This document shows, piece after piece, positions 18,065 to 25,550 of a stretch of DNA of 46,909 nucleotides. A program made the translations under genes and the position numbers. Positions within the stretch are counted from its first letter, which is position 1. Every line of letters starts with the position of its first letter. The notes beneath the pieces are model-generated. The model saw only the letters and a program-made list of their open reading frames with translations, ran no database searches and was not told the DNA's origin. The DNA lies in contig JBIKKK010000002.1 in assembly GCA_044360385.1 (NCBI GenBank), positions 1-46,909 of the forward strand, in the 5' to 3' direction. This stretch comes from Candidatus Nanopelagicales bacterium (lineage in GTDB: Bacteria; Actinomycetota; Actinomycetes; S36-B12).

Positions 18065-18991
18065 TCAGGCCTTCTCCTCGTCTGCTGCCAACTCCGAGAG
18101 AGCCTGCTCATTGGATTCCTTGCGCTTTCGGCGGCGTTCGCGCAGCGCCTTCTTGCTCTTCAAGCCGAAGCGGGCCTCGTACTCCGGGATGATGTCGTCG
18201 GGATGGCCGTCGGCGACGATCCTGCCCTCATCGAGCCAGAGCACGCGATTGCAGGCCGACCGGACGGCCCCCATCGAGTGGCTGACAAGGAAAATCGTGT
18301 CGGCCTCATCGCGCAGCTGCTGGATCCGCTGACTACTTCGCTTGACGAACTCACCGTCTCCCGTAGAGAGGGCCTCGTCGATGAGAAGGATCTCGTGGGT
18401 GACAGCGGAGGCGATGGCGAACTTGAGGCGCGCAGACATGCCCGAGGAGTATGTGTTCATGGGCATGTGGATGGCTGAGCCGATGCCACTGAACTCGATG
18501 ACCGACGGGATTCGTTCGCGAACTTCGACCGGAGTCAGTCCTAGCGCCAAGAGACCTAGCTCCACATTGCGCAGCCCGGACAGTGCCTGCATCAGCGCGG
18601 AACTCACTCCGAGCATCGTGGGCTGACCGTCGGCGTAGACCGCGCCCTGATTGGGGGGCAGGAGACCCGCGATGGCGCGCATGAGAGTCGACTTGCCGGC
18701 GCCGTTCTTGCCGATCACTCCGACGGCCTCGCCTTGCCGAGCAACGAAGCTCACACCCCGTAGGGCATGGACTTCGCGCTTGGAAGAGACAGGCCGCCGA
18801 GTGCGCATACGCCGCCATCGACTCGCATGTGGATCGAGCGGTGCATCCGGGGCCGTCCACACGCGATAGACGATGTGGAGGTCATCGATGACGACCTTGA
18901 TCGGCGCGTCCGGATCGTTGGCCTTGGGCGGCTCGACATCGGAAAAGTCGGCATCCTCGCTGAGATCGAATTCGTCGTCATCCTCGGCCAT
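18065..18991 (-). CDS. Polysaccharide/teichoic-acid-type ABC exporter ATP-binding protein (Wzt/TagH-like)
   Basis: Walker A GKNGAGKST, signature YSSGMSARL, Walker B ILLIDEAL. ATG 18991 is preceded by GGAGG (6-nt spacer) and overlaps the permease 3' end by 14 nt. Confidence 0.9.
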   Translation of the reverse strand: MAEDDDEFDLSEDADFSDVEPPKANDPDAPIKVVIDDLHIVYRVWTAPDAPLDPHASRWRRMRTRRPVSSKREVHALRGVSFVARQGEAVGVIGKNGAGKSTLMRAIAGLLPPNQGAVYADGQPTMLGVSSALMQALSGLRNVELGLLALGLTPVEVRERIPSVIEFSGIGSAIHMPMNTYSSGMSARLKFAIASAVTHEILLIDEALSTGDGEFVKRSSQRIQQLRDEADTIFLVSHSMGAVRSACNRVLWLDEGRIVADGHPDDIIPEYEARFGLKSKKALRERRRKRKESNEQALSELAADEEKA

Positions 18992-19865
18992 AGCGGTCCT
19001 CCGCACGCCAGAAGAACCACATGCCGAAGGGCAGAATCACCAGCGCCCACCCGGCCGCGAGGGCCCAGTTCCAGGCCCCCCACGGAGAGAAGTAGGAATC
19101 CATGAGCGCATCGCGCATGACGTTGAGGTAGACCGTGCCGGGGTTGATCTCGATGAGGAAGGTCGCCCACGCCGGCACCCCCAGCCGCTCGAGCCGGTCA
19201 GCGATCGGGATCATGACGCCCGACATGTATCCCCAGATCCGCAGGAAGTAGGGAAGCACCTCCGACACGTCCTGCACGGTGGCCACGACGCGGGCCATGA
19301 TGAGCGCCATCCCGAGGGAGAACATCAGGATGAGCAGCAACGCGACGGGAGCCAGCAGCCACTGCCACGTGATCGCCTCACCCGTGACCAGCAGAATGAC
19401 GATCATGATCGGCAGCGCATAGAGGAAGACACGCAACTGCTTGATGACCGTGGCGATGGGCAGCACGGCGCGAGGGAAGTGAATGGAGCGCACCAGCCCC
19501 TCATTGCCGGAGATGCTGCGCGATCCCACCGTGATCGACTGACGGATGATGGCGAAGGTGAAGACGCCCGCCGCGAGGAATCCGGTGTAGTTCTCGACAC
19601 TTCCTCGGCCGCCGAGCAGGAAGCCGAAGAGGAACCAGTAGATGGCCATGGTGAGGACCGGGTCCATCACCTGCCAGAACTGACCCAGGCGGCTCTTGGT
19701 GTTCTGCTTATCGACACTGGCCTTGGCGAAGGCGAAGATAAACGCCCTGCGCTGCCAGAGGCTGCGGAGATAGGCCCCAAAGGGGGGACGGCTATTGACC
19801 GGCGCGAGGCCGGATTCGCGGGCGAGGTCCGCGGCGTCGACCTCGCGACCGTCGACGAGGATCAG
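18978..19865 (-). CDS. ABC-2 type polysaccharide exporter permease (Wzm/TagG-like), probable non-canonical CTG start
   Basis: The ORF track starts at 19670 (MMDPVLTMAIYWFLFG...). The frame stays open upstream and encodes the family-typical N-terminus ...FGAYLRSLWQRRAFIFAFAKASVDKQNTKSRLGQFWQ, with no in-frame ATG/GTG/TTG back to the stop at 19944-19946. CTG 19865 overlaps the upstream stop (CTGA) and follows AAGGTGGTG. Confidence 0.7.
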   Translation of the reverse strand: MILVDGREVDAADLARESGLAPVNSRPPFGAYLRSLWQRRAFIFAFAKASVDKQNTKSRLGQFWQVMDPVLTMAIYWFLFGFLLGGRGSVENYTGFLAAGVFTFAIIRQSITVGSRSISGNEGLVRSIHFPRAVLPIATVIKQLRVFLYALPIMIVILLVTGEAITWQWLLAPVALLLILMFSLGMALIMARVVATVQDVSEVLPYFLRIWGYMSGVMIPIADRLERLGVPAWATFLIEINPGTVYLNVMRDALMDSYFSPWGAWNWALAAGWALVILPFGMWFFWRAEDRYGRG

Positions 19866-21121
19866 AGCCGCACCACCTTGGGTCCGCTCGTCGCTCCGCG
19901 AGTGTCGAAGAGGCGAGGTGCCCGCGCGACGATTCCGGCGAGGTCATATGCGCTGTGATTTTGCAGAAGTACGACGAGGTCGGCACGCGCCAAGGCGGCA
20001 TCGAGATCATCCACGCAGGTGAGGGTCTCGGCACCGAGGCGCCAGGCGTCGACGTGGGGATCGTGGAACTCCACATCAGCCCCCTTGCCGCGCAACTCGA
20101 TCGCGATCGGCTTGGCGGGAGACTCGCGCTGATCGGCGATGTCGGGCTTGTAGGTCACGCCGAGGAGCAGGATTCGCGCCCCTCGGAGTGCCTTGGCCTC
20201 GTCATTGAGGGCATCCTGGATGCGCCGCACGACGTAGGAAGGCATCCCGGCATTGATCTCCTGGGCCAGCTCCACGAAACGGAAGGGATAACCCAACTTC
20301 GCCTGGACCTGGTAGGAGAGGTAATTGGGGTCGATCGGGATGCAGTGACCCCCAACGCCAGGCCCGGGATAGAAGGCCTGGAAGCCGAACGGCTTGCTCT
20401 TGGCAGCCGCGATGACGTCCCAGAGATCGATATCGAGCTCGTAGCAGAAGCGCGCCATCTCATTGACGAGGGCGATGTTGATGTGGCGATAGGTGTTTTC
20501 GAGCAGCTTTGCCATCTCGGCCTCACGCGTGCCCCGCGCCCTCACGACGGTGTCAACGAAGGCACCGTAGAAATCGGCTGCGGCATCGGTGCAAGCCTCG
20601 GTGTGACCGCCGACCACCTTGGGGGTGTTCTTCATGCCGTACTGCTCATTGCCGGGATCGATGCGCTCCGGGCTGAAGGCCAGGTGGAAGTCACGACCGG
20701 CGACGAGCCCACCGGCCTCGAGCACGGGCCGCACCTCGTCGTCGGTCGTGCCGGGATACGTCGTCGACTCGAGGACCACCAGCTGCCCCGGCCTGAGATG
20801 CGCGGAGATGGAGCGAGTGGCGCCGAGCACGGCCCCCAGGTCAGGTCCGCCTTCGGGGGTGAGCGGCGTGGGCACGCAGATGACGACCGCGCGTGCGTCG
20901 GCGATCACCGATGCGTCGGTCGTGGCGGTGAAGCCTCGGTCCAGCATCTCGCGGATGTCGGCGTCGGACAGGTCGTCGACATGCGAGCGCGCCCCCATGA
21001 GCCCCTCGACGACGCCGGCGGAGACGTCGAGACCTGTCACCGAGAGCCCGGCGCGGGTGGCCTCCTGCGCGAGGGGAAGGCCGACGTAGCCCAGCCCGAT
21101 GACCACCAGATCGCGCGTCAT
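19862..21121 (-). CDS. Nucleotide-sugar 6-dehydrogenase (UDP-ManNAc / UDP-GlcNAc dehydrogenase type)
   Basis: VVIGLGYVGLPLA Rossmann motif and catalytic Cys in GVGGHCIPIDPNYLS. UDPG_MGDH family architecture. ATG 21121 is preceded by AAGGA. The ORF-track extension to 21355 overlaps the upstream GT. Confidence 0.88.
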   Translation of the reverse strand: MTRDLVVIGLGYVGLPLAQEATRAGLSVTGLDVSAGVVEGLMGARSHVDDLSDADIREMLDRGFTATTDASVIADARAVVICVPTPLTPEGGPDLGAVLGATRSISAHLRPGQLVVLESTTYPGTTDDEVRPVLEAGGLVAGRDFHLAFSPERIDPGNEQYGMKNTPKVVGGHTEACTDAAADFYGAFVDTVVRARGTREAEMAKLLENTYRHINIALVNEMARFCYELDIDLWDVIAAAKSKPFGFQAFYPGPGVGGHCIPIDPNYLSYQVQAKLGYPFRFVELAQEINAGMPSYVVRRIQDALNDEAKALRGARILLLGVTYKPDIADQRESPAKPIAIELRGKGADVEFHDPHVDAWRLGAETLTCVDDLDAALARADLVVLLQNHSAYDLAGIVARAPRLFDTRGATSGPKVVRL

Positions 21122-21191
21122 GTCCGTCCTTCGCCTTCCCCGCGGGGCTTGCGTGCCTCGAGCCCGCGAAGCCGTCCTGGCCGCAGGGCGG

Positions 21192-22832
21192 TCAGCCCCG
21201 GAGGGCGCCGAGGAAAGAGTACGCCGCCCGATAGGCCTCCATGACAGAAGGCCACGTGCGCGTGGCCTCCACCCAGGCACGGGCACGCTCACCCGCCTCC
21301 CCGCGCGTGGCGGGATCGGCAAGGGACCTGAGGGCCTCGGCGAGGGCGGCAGCATCGCCGGGCGCCACGAGCGGGGAGCCGGGGGCGAGGACCTCGGCGA
21401 CGGCGGGGAGGTCGCTCCCCACGACCGGGACGCCGCGCGCCTGTGCCTCGAGGGGCTTCAGCGCCGTCACGGCGCGATTGACGGCCGTGTCACGCCTCGG
21501 CAGGGCGAAGACATCGAGGACGTCGTACCACTGCCGCACCTCGGCGACAGGGACGCGCCCCGGGGCGAGCAGGGGTACGCCGCTGCGCTCGGCACGTCGG
21601 CGCAGGTCTGCGAGGCCGGGACCATCGCCCACGATGAGCACGCGGACATCCCGGCCCTCACCCCGAAGGAGCGCGACGGAGTCGATGAGCGTGTCGAGAC
21701 CTTCGTCGTCGTTGATGGTCGCGACACTGCCCACCCACAGTGCGTCGCCGATGCCCAAGGCGGTGCGCGCACCTGCCTGATCGCGAGGCTCGAGGAAGTT
21801 CATGGGCACCGCGTTGGGCGCGATGAAGACACGCTCGGGATCCACGCCGCGCGCGACGATGGCATCGCGCATGCCGGTGCCGAGGGTGGTCACCACATCT
21901 GCCGCGAGGAGCGCTTCGGTGTGCCGATCGCGCAGTAGCGCATAGGTGTCGCTGTCGGGAGCTTCCTCGCCGCCGTGGCGCGCCAGCCAGGTGTCCTCGA
22001 AGAACGTGCGCGCCTCGTAGGCGACGGGTATCCCGTGCGCTCGGCCCACGTCAAGGGCCACTGCCGCGTTGACATGATCCGACGCGGCATGCAGGACATC
22101 AGGGCGAAGATCCTCGACAAGCCGGCCCAGTTGGGCGGCATAGGCCGTGCGCAGACGTTCATCCGCAGGCATCACCAAGGGCAGCAGCCGGTGGTAGGAC
22201 ACTCCGTCGACCATCTGAGGATTCGGCGAGCGCAGATCGCCGTGCGTGACGGGATAGCCGAGTCGCGTGACGACGCGCGCATCCCACCCGAGGTCGCGCT
22301 GCGCACGTGCGACGCGCTGCGTGCGAATAGTGGAACCCGCCTGGGTGAGCGGGAGTGAGTTGGTCACCACGTGGAGCACGCCGATTCCGTCGCGGCCTGT
22401 TCGGCCCGGCGGACCGGCCAAGCCGGCCCTGTCGGGCTCGCCCGGCGCACGGGCAGGTGCTGCGGGGATGGGCTGCGCCAACACAGCGAGCTGCCGCCGC
22501 GCCGCACGCACCGCCCGACGACTGCGCGCATCGTGCGGATGGGACCGGGCCGCTTGGCTGAGTCGGCCCGCAAGCACATCAACGGCAAGTTCGCATGAGG
22601 CTCGCTCCGCGCTGCTGACGGGGACCATGGCCAGGGCATCGCATGCATCGGCGTAGCGATCACGCGCGATCGCGCGATCGACGAGCGCGGCGGGGGTTTC
22701 GGGCGCCGTGCCACCGAGCCCGGGGACTGCACGCTCCAGCGCGGCACGACCACGCGCCGGATCCTGCCCGAAGCGGCGCAACGCTCCGGATGCGGCAAGG
22801 GGAACGCGCCGCACGAAGCTGAGTCCCCTCAT
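21192..22832 (-). CDS. GT-B (GT4-like) glycosyltransferase with ~150-aa N-terminal Arg/Ala-rich extension
   Basis: From about residue 155 onward: GVLHVVTNSLPLTQAGSTIRT... The C-terminal domain is LWVGSVATINDDEGLDTLI...ALKPLEAQARGVPVVGSDLPAVAEV (EX7E-like). The N-terminal 150 aa have no motif I recognise. Confidence 0.75.
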   Translation of the reverse strand: MRGLSFVRRVPLAASGALRRFGQDPARGRAALERAVPGLGGTAPETPAALVDRAIARDRYADACDALAMVPVSSAERASCELAVDVLAGRLSQAARSHPHDARSRRAVRAARRQLAVLAQPIPAAPARAPGEPDRAGLAGPPGRTGRDGIGVLHVVTNSLPLTQAGSTIRTQRVARAQRDLGWDARVVTRLGYPVTHGDLRSPNPQMVDGVSYHRLLPLVMPADERLRTAYAAQLGRLVEDLRPDVLHAASDHVNAAVALDVGRAHGIPVAYEARTFFEDTWLARHGGEEAPDSDTYALLRDRHTEALLAADVVTTLGTGMRDAIVARGVDPERVFIAPNAVPMNFLEPRDQAGARTALGIGDALWVGSVATINDDEGLDTLIDSVALLRGEGRDVRVLIVGDGPGLADLRRRAERSGVPLLAPGRVPVAEVRQWYDVLDVFALPRRDTAVNRAVTALKPLEAQARGVPVVGSDLPAVAEVLAPGSPLVAPGDAAALAEALRSLADPATRGEAGERARAWVEATRTWPSVMEAYRAAYSFLGALRG

Positions 22833-22932
22833 TCAGTCCTCACGGTCTGGGATACTAGACGGCGGTGACCACAGCGTCACTGCACGCGATCCCCGGGAGA
22901 CGGCTCGCGGCGCCATGGACAGGAAGGCCGCG
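22833..22932. promoter_or_regulatory. Divergent promoter region of the two glycan operons (predicted)
   Basis: 100-bp gap. Its only AT-rich element, GATACTA (22851-22857), reads TGG-GATACT on the plus strand and TAGTAT on the minus strand. GAGGA lies 4 nt before ATG 22832 and AGGAAGG lies 5 nt before ATG 22933. Confidence 0.3.
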
Positions 22933-24018
22933 ATGACCCTGCTGCACGTCACCGGTGCGCGCCCCAACTTCCCCAAGGCGGCTCCCGTCATCGCCGCGCT
23001 CGCCTCTCTGGGAGTCCGCCAGCGCCTCGTGCACACCGGGCAGCATTACGACGATCGCATGTCGGAGGTGTTCTTCCGCGAGCTCGACCTCCCCCGCCCG
23101 GACATCAACCTCGGTGTCGGCTCCGGGGGCCATGCCCAGCAGACAGCCGCCATCCTCGTCGGCCTCGAAGAGGAGATGATCGCCACCAAGCCGGAGCTCG
23201 TCATCGTCTACGGCGATGTCAATTCCACCCTGGCGGCGGCCATCGCCGCAAGCAAGCTCGGCATCCCCGTGGCGCACGTCGAGGCCGGTCTGCGGTCCTT
23301 CGACATGTCCATGCCCGAGGAGATCAACCGGATTGTCACCGACCGCCTCTCCGATCTCCTGCTGTGCACCAGCCCTGACGCCATTGCTCACCTCGCCCAT
23401 GAGGGTGTCCCCGCCGACCGCATTCACCTCGTCGGCAATCCGATGATCGACACCCTGCTCGCCAATGTGGATCGGTTCGATGCCGCGCGAATGCGCGACC
23501 TCCTGTGCTTGCCCGAGGACTACCTGGTGGCGACACTCCACCGACCGGGCAATGTCGATGACCCCGAGTCGGCCGGGGAGCTCGTCGCACTCCTGCACTC
23601 CGCGGCTTCGCGAGCCGACATCGTGCTCCCGCTCCACCCTCGCGGGCGCGCCGTCCTCGAGGCGCTGGGGCTCGACGACCACCCACGCATGCACGTGGTT
23701 GAACCGCTCGGTTACCTCGACTTCATGGGCTTGGTCCGTGGCTCGCGTGCGGTCATCACCGACTCGGGTGGCGTGCAGGAGGAGACCACAGTCCTGGGTA
23801 TCCCCTGCCTGACCCTGCGCCCCAACACCGAGCGCCCGGTGACCATCACGCACGGATCGAATCGCCTCGCCACCGCGTCGACCCTGCTGCCGCTCCTCGA
23901 CGCTGCTCTCGCCGGCACCTTCGACACCACGCGCCGACCCCCTCTGTGGGATGGGCACGCGGGCACTCGGATCGCCGAGGTCATCGTCGACTGGCTCGGG
24001 GATCGCGAGCCCCGATGA
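22933..24018 (+). CDS. wecB: UDP-N-acetylglucosamine 2-epimerase (non-hydrolysing)
   Basis: HVTGARPNFPKAAPV, HTGQHYD, VYGDVNSTLAAA, AHVEAGLRSFDMSMPEEINR, DSGGVQEE: the canonical Epimerase_2 motif set. ATG 22933 has the better SD; ATG 22915 is an alternative. Confidence 0.9.
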   Translation: MTLLHVTGARPNFPKAAPVIAALASLGVRQRLVHTGQHYDDRMSEVFFRELDLPRPDINLGVGSGGHAQQTAAILVGLEEEMIATKPELVIVYGDVNSTLAAAIAASKLGIPVAHVEAGLRSFDMSMPEEINRIVTDRLSDLLLCTSPDAIAHLAHEGVPADRIHLVGNPMIDTLLANVDRFDAARMRDLLCLPEDYLVATLHRPGNVDDPESAGELVALLHSAASRADIVLPLHPRGRAVLEALGLDDHPRMHVVEPLGYLDFMGLVRGSRAVITDSGGVQEETTVLGIPCLTLRPNTERPVTITHGSNRLATASTLLPLLDAALAGTFDTTRRPPLWDGHAGTRIAEVIVDWLGDREPR

Positions 24019-25550
24019 CCGAAGAGATGGCACCAGACGGCCCGTCCGAGGGTGACGTCGAGCGCATGACAGGCGGTGCGCGCCTGATGTCGGAGTTGCG
24101 CCAGGCGCAGGCGCGCGCGGACCGCGCCGAACGCGAACTCGAGCGCACCCGCCGCAGCGCGTCGTATGTCGTGGGTGAACTTTTCGTGAGTGCGGCAAAG
24201 GATCCGCGTCGGCTCCTCACGCTGCCTCGCGACCTCTGGCGCACCTGGCGGTTGCGTCGAGCGCGTCGCCACGCACCGCGACCCACGGCACCCGCGCGCA
24301 CTCGAGAGGTCCTGGACCTCGACGCTACGCGACTGCTCGTCCCGCGCATCGCCGCTGTTCCTCCGGGCCGAGGGCTGTCCATCGCCGGGGCGATCGCCAC
24401 TGCCACGGCTCGGGGCTGGGCGCCCTACGCGGCCGTGAGCCCCGCGCTCCCCCACGAGGCAGCGGCACTCGTGGAGGCCATCGACCCCGATCTCGTCATC
24501 GTCGACTCCTCTGCAGCGTTGCCCGGGCAAGCCTGGTCTCACCTGGGCGATCCGGCGGCCGTCGACCGCCTCCTCGCCGCCGGCGCACTCGTCGACGCTG
24601 CGCACGCCCTGGGGCGCCCTGCCGTGCTTCTGCGCATGACACCACCCGGTCACACCGCTTTCCTCGATGGACTTGCGCGGCGCTGCGACCTCGTGGTGGA
24701 CGGTCCCGGCGCGTCACGCCGGTCGCCGTGGCATCCAGGGATCGATCCCCTCGCACCTGCCCCACTGCCCGATGACGCAGCCCTCCTGGTCACGGCGGCG
24801 CCGAGCGACGATGTGGAAACCATCTCCCAGGCTGCAGCGCGCAGCCTGCGGATCGAGTCCGCCCTCCCGGCTGACGTGGCCTGGACGCGCGCCCTCGACG
24901 CGTCGACGGGCCTCCTGGCTGACGTCGTCGCCTCCGGCATCCTCGGCGCTGGACTCGACAGCGTGTCGGCGCTCGCCGCCGGACGGCGCGTGCTGGGACC
25001 GGGCGACAACGACCTCGCGCGCATGCTCTCGCCGTGGCCCGCGGCCCGCTCCGCGCTCGTCAGCTCCGGGGACCTCACGCCCCTCGTTGATGCGGCTCGC
25101 CGAGGACCAACCCCACTCACTCCCGATGAGCACCGCGCTGTCTTTGCCGCCGTCCTCCTGGCCGCCTCGGCTCCGGTCCAACTCACGGTCCTGGCCGACA
25201 GACTCGGCATCGCGTCCCGACCGCGGGCCTGCTGGGATGTCGCGCTCGTCGCCGACGCCGACGTGGATCCCGACCGGGTGATCGCGCAGGCCTGGCGCCC
25301 GCGCGAGCTCGTCGTGTCCACTCCCCTTCCCGGCCGCGCACGCGACGCCCTGGCTGACGCGGGCATCACCGTCGTGACCGTCGCACCCGATCACGCCCTA
25401 GAGCCCGCGCTCCTCAGTCTCGCCTCGCCCTTCCTCGCCTTCCAGGTCGATCTGGGCAATCCGCACGATCTGCTGGACCTCCTCGCCGGCCACCTCCTCG
25501 GGCAGCCGGCGCGCTCCCATCCCACCGATGCACGCCTGGTGAGCGCATGA
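24015..25550 (+). CDS. Hypothetical 511-aa protein with N-terminal coiled coil (orphan component of the glycan locus)
   Basis: ATG 24015 overlaps the wecB stop (ATGA), and its own stop overlaps the next start (ATGA). N-terminus is LMSELRQAQARADRAERELERTRRSASYVVGELFVSAAKDPRRLLTLPRDLWRTWR. The rest is Ala/Leu/Asp-rich with Rossmann-like alternation (DPDLVIVDSS). I recognise no catalytic motif. Confidence 0.6.
   Translation: MTEEMAPDGPSEGDVERMTGGARLMSELRQAQARADRAERELERTRRSASYVVGELFVSAAKDPRRLLTLPRDLWRTWRLRRARRHAPRPTAPARTREVLDLDATRLLVPRIAAVPPGRGLSIAGAIATATARGWAPYAAVSPALPHEAAALVEAIDPDLVIVDSSAALPGQAWSHLGDPAAVDRLLAAGALVDAAHALGRPAVLLRMTPPGHTAFLDGLARRCDLVVDGPGASRRSPWHPGIDPLAPAPLPDDAALLVTAAPSDDVETISQAAARSLRIESALPADVAWTRALDASTGLLADVVASGILGAGLDSVSALAAGRRVLGPGDNDLARMLSPWPAARSALVSSGDLTPLVDAARRGPTPLTPDEHRAVFAAVLLAASAPVQLTVLADRLGIASRPRACWDVALVADADVDPDRVIAQAWRPRELVVSTPLPGRARDALADAGITVVTVAPDHALEPALLSLASPFLAFQVDLGNPHDLLDLLAGHLLGQPARSHPTDARLVSA

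Noticed and set aside
18978-19670. ORF-track start (GTG 19670) for the ABC-2 permease
   Set aside because: It would remove about 65 residues of conserved, in-frame N-terminal sequence. I extended the gene to CTG 19865 (see finding), though the exact start is unproven.
21138-21176. CCCCGCGGGG palindrome and bulged hairpin between the GT4 and dehydrogenase genes
   Set aside because: The pairing is imperfect and the stems are short. It lies in a 70-nt intra-operon spacer, and I have no evidence it is more than GC-rich noise.
22855-24198. 447-aa minus-strand ORF
   Set aside because: It is antisense to wecB, which carries the full Epimerase_2 motif set. The product is low-complexity and Arg/Gly-rich.
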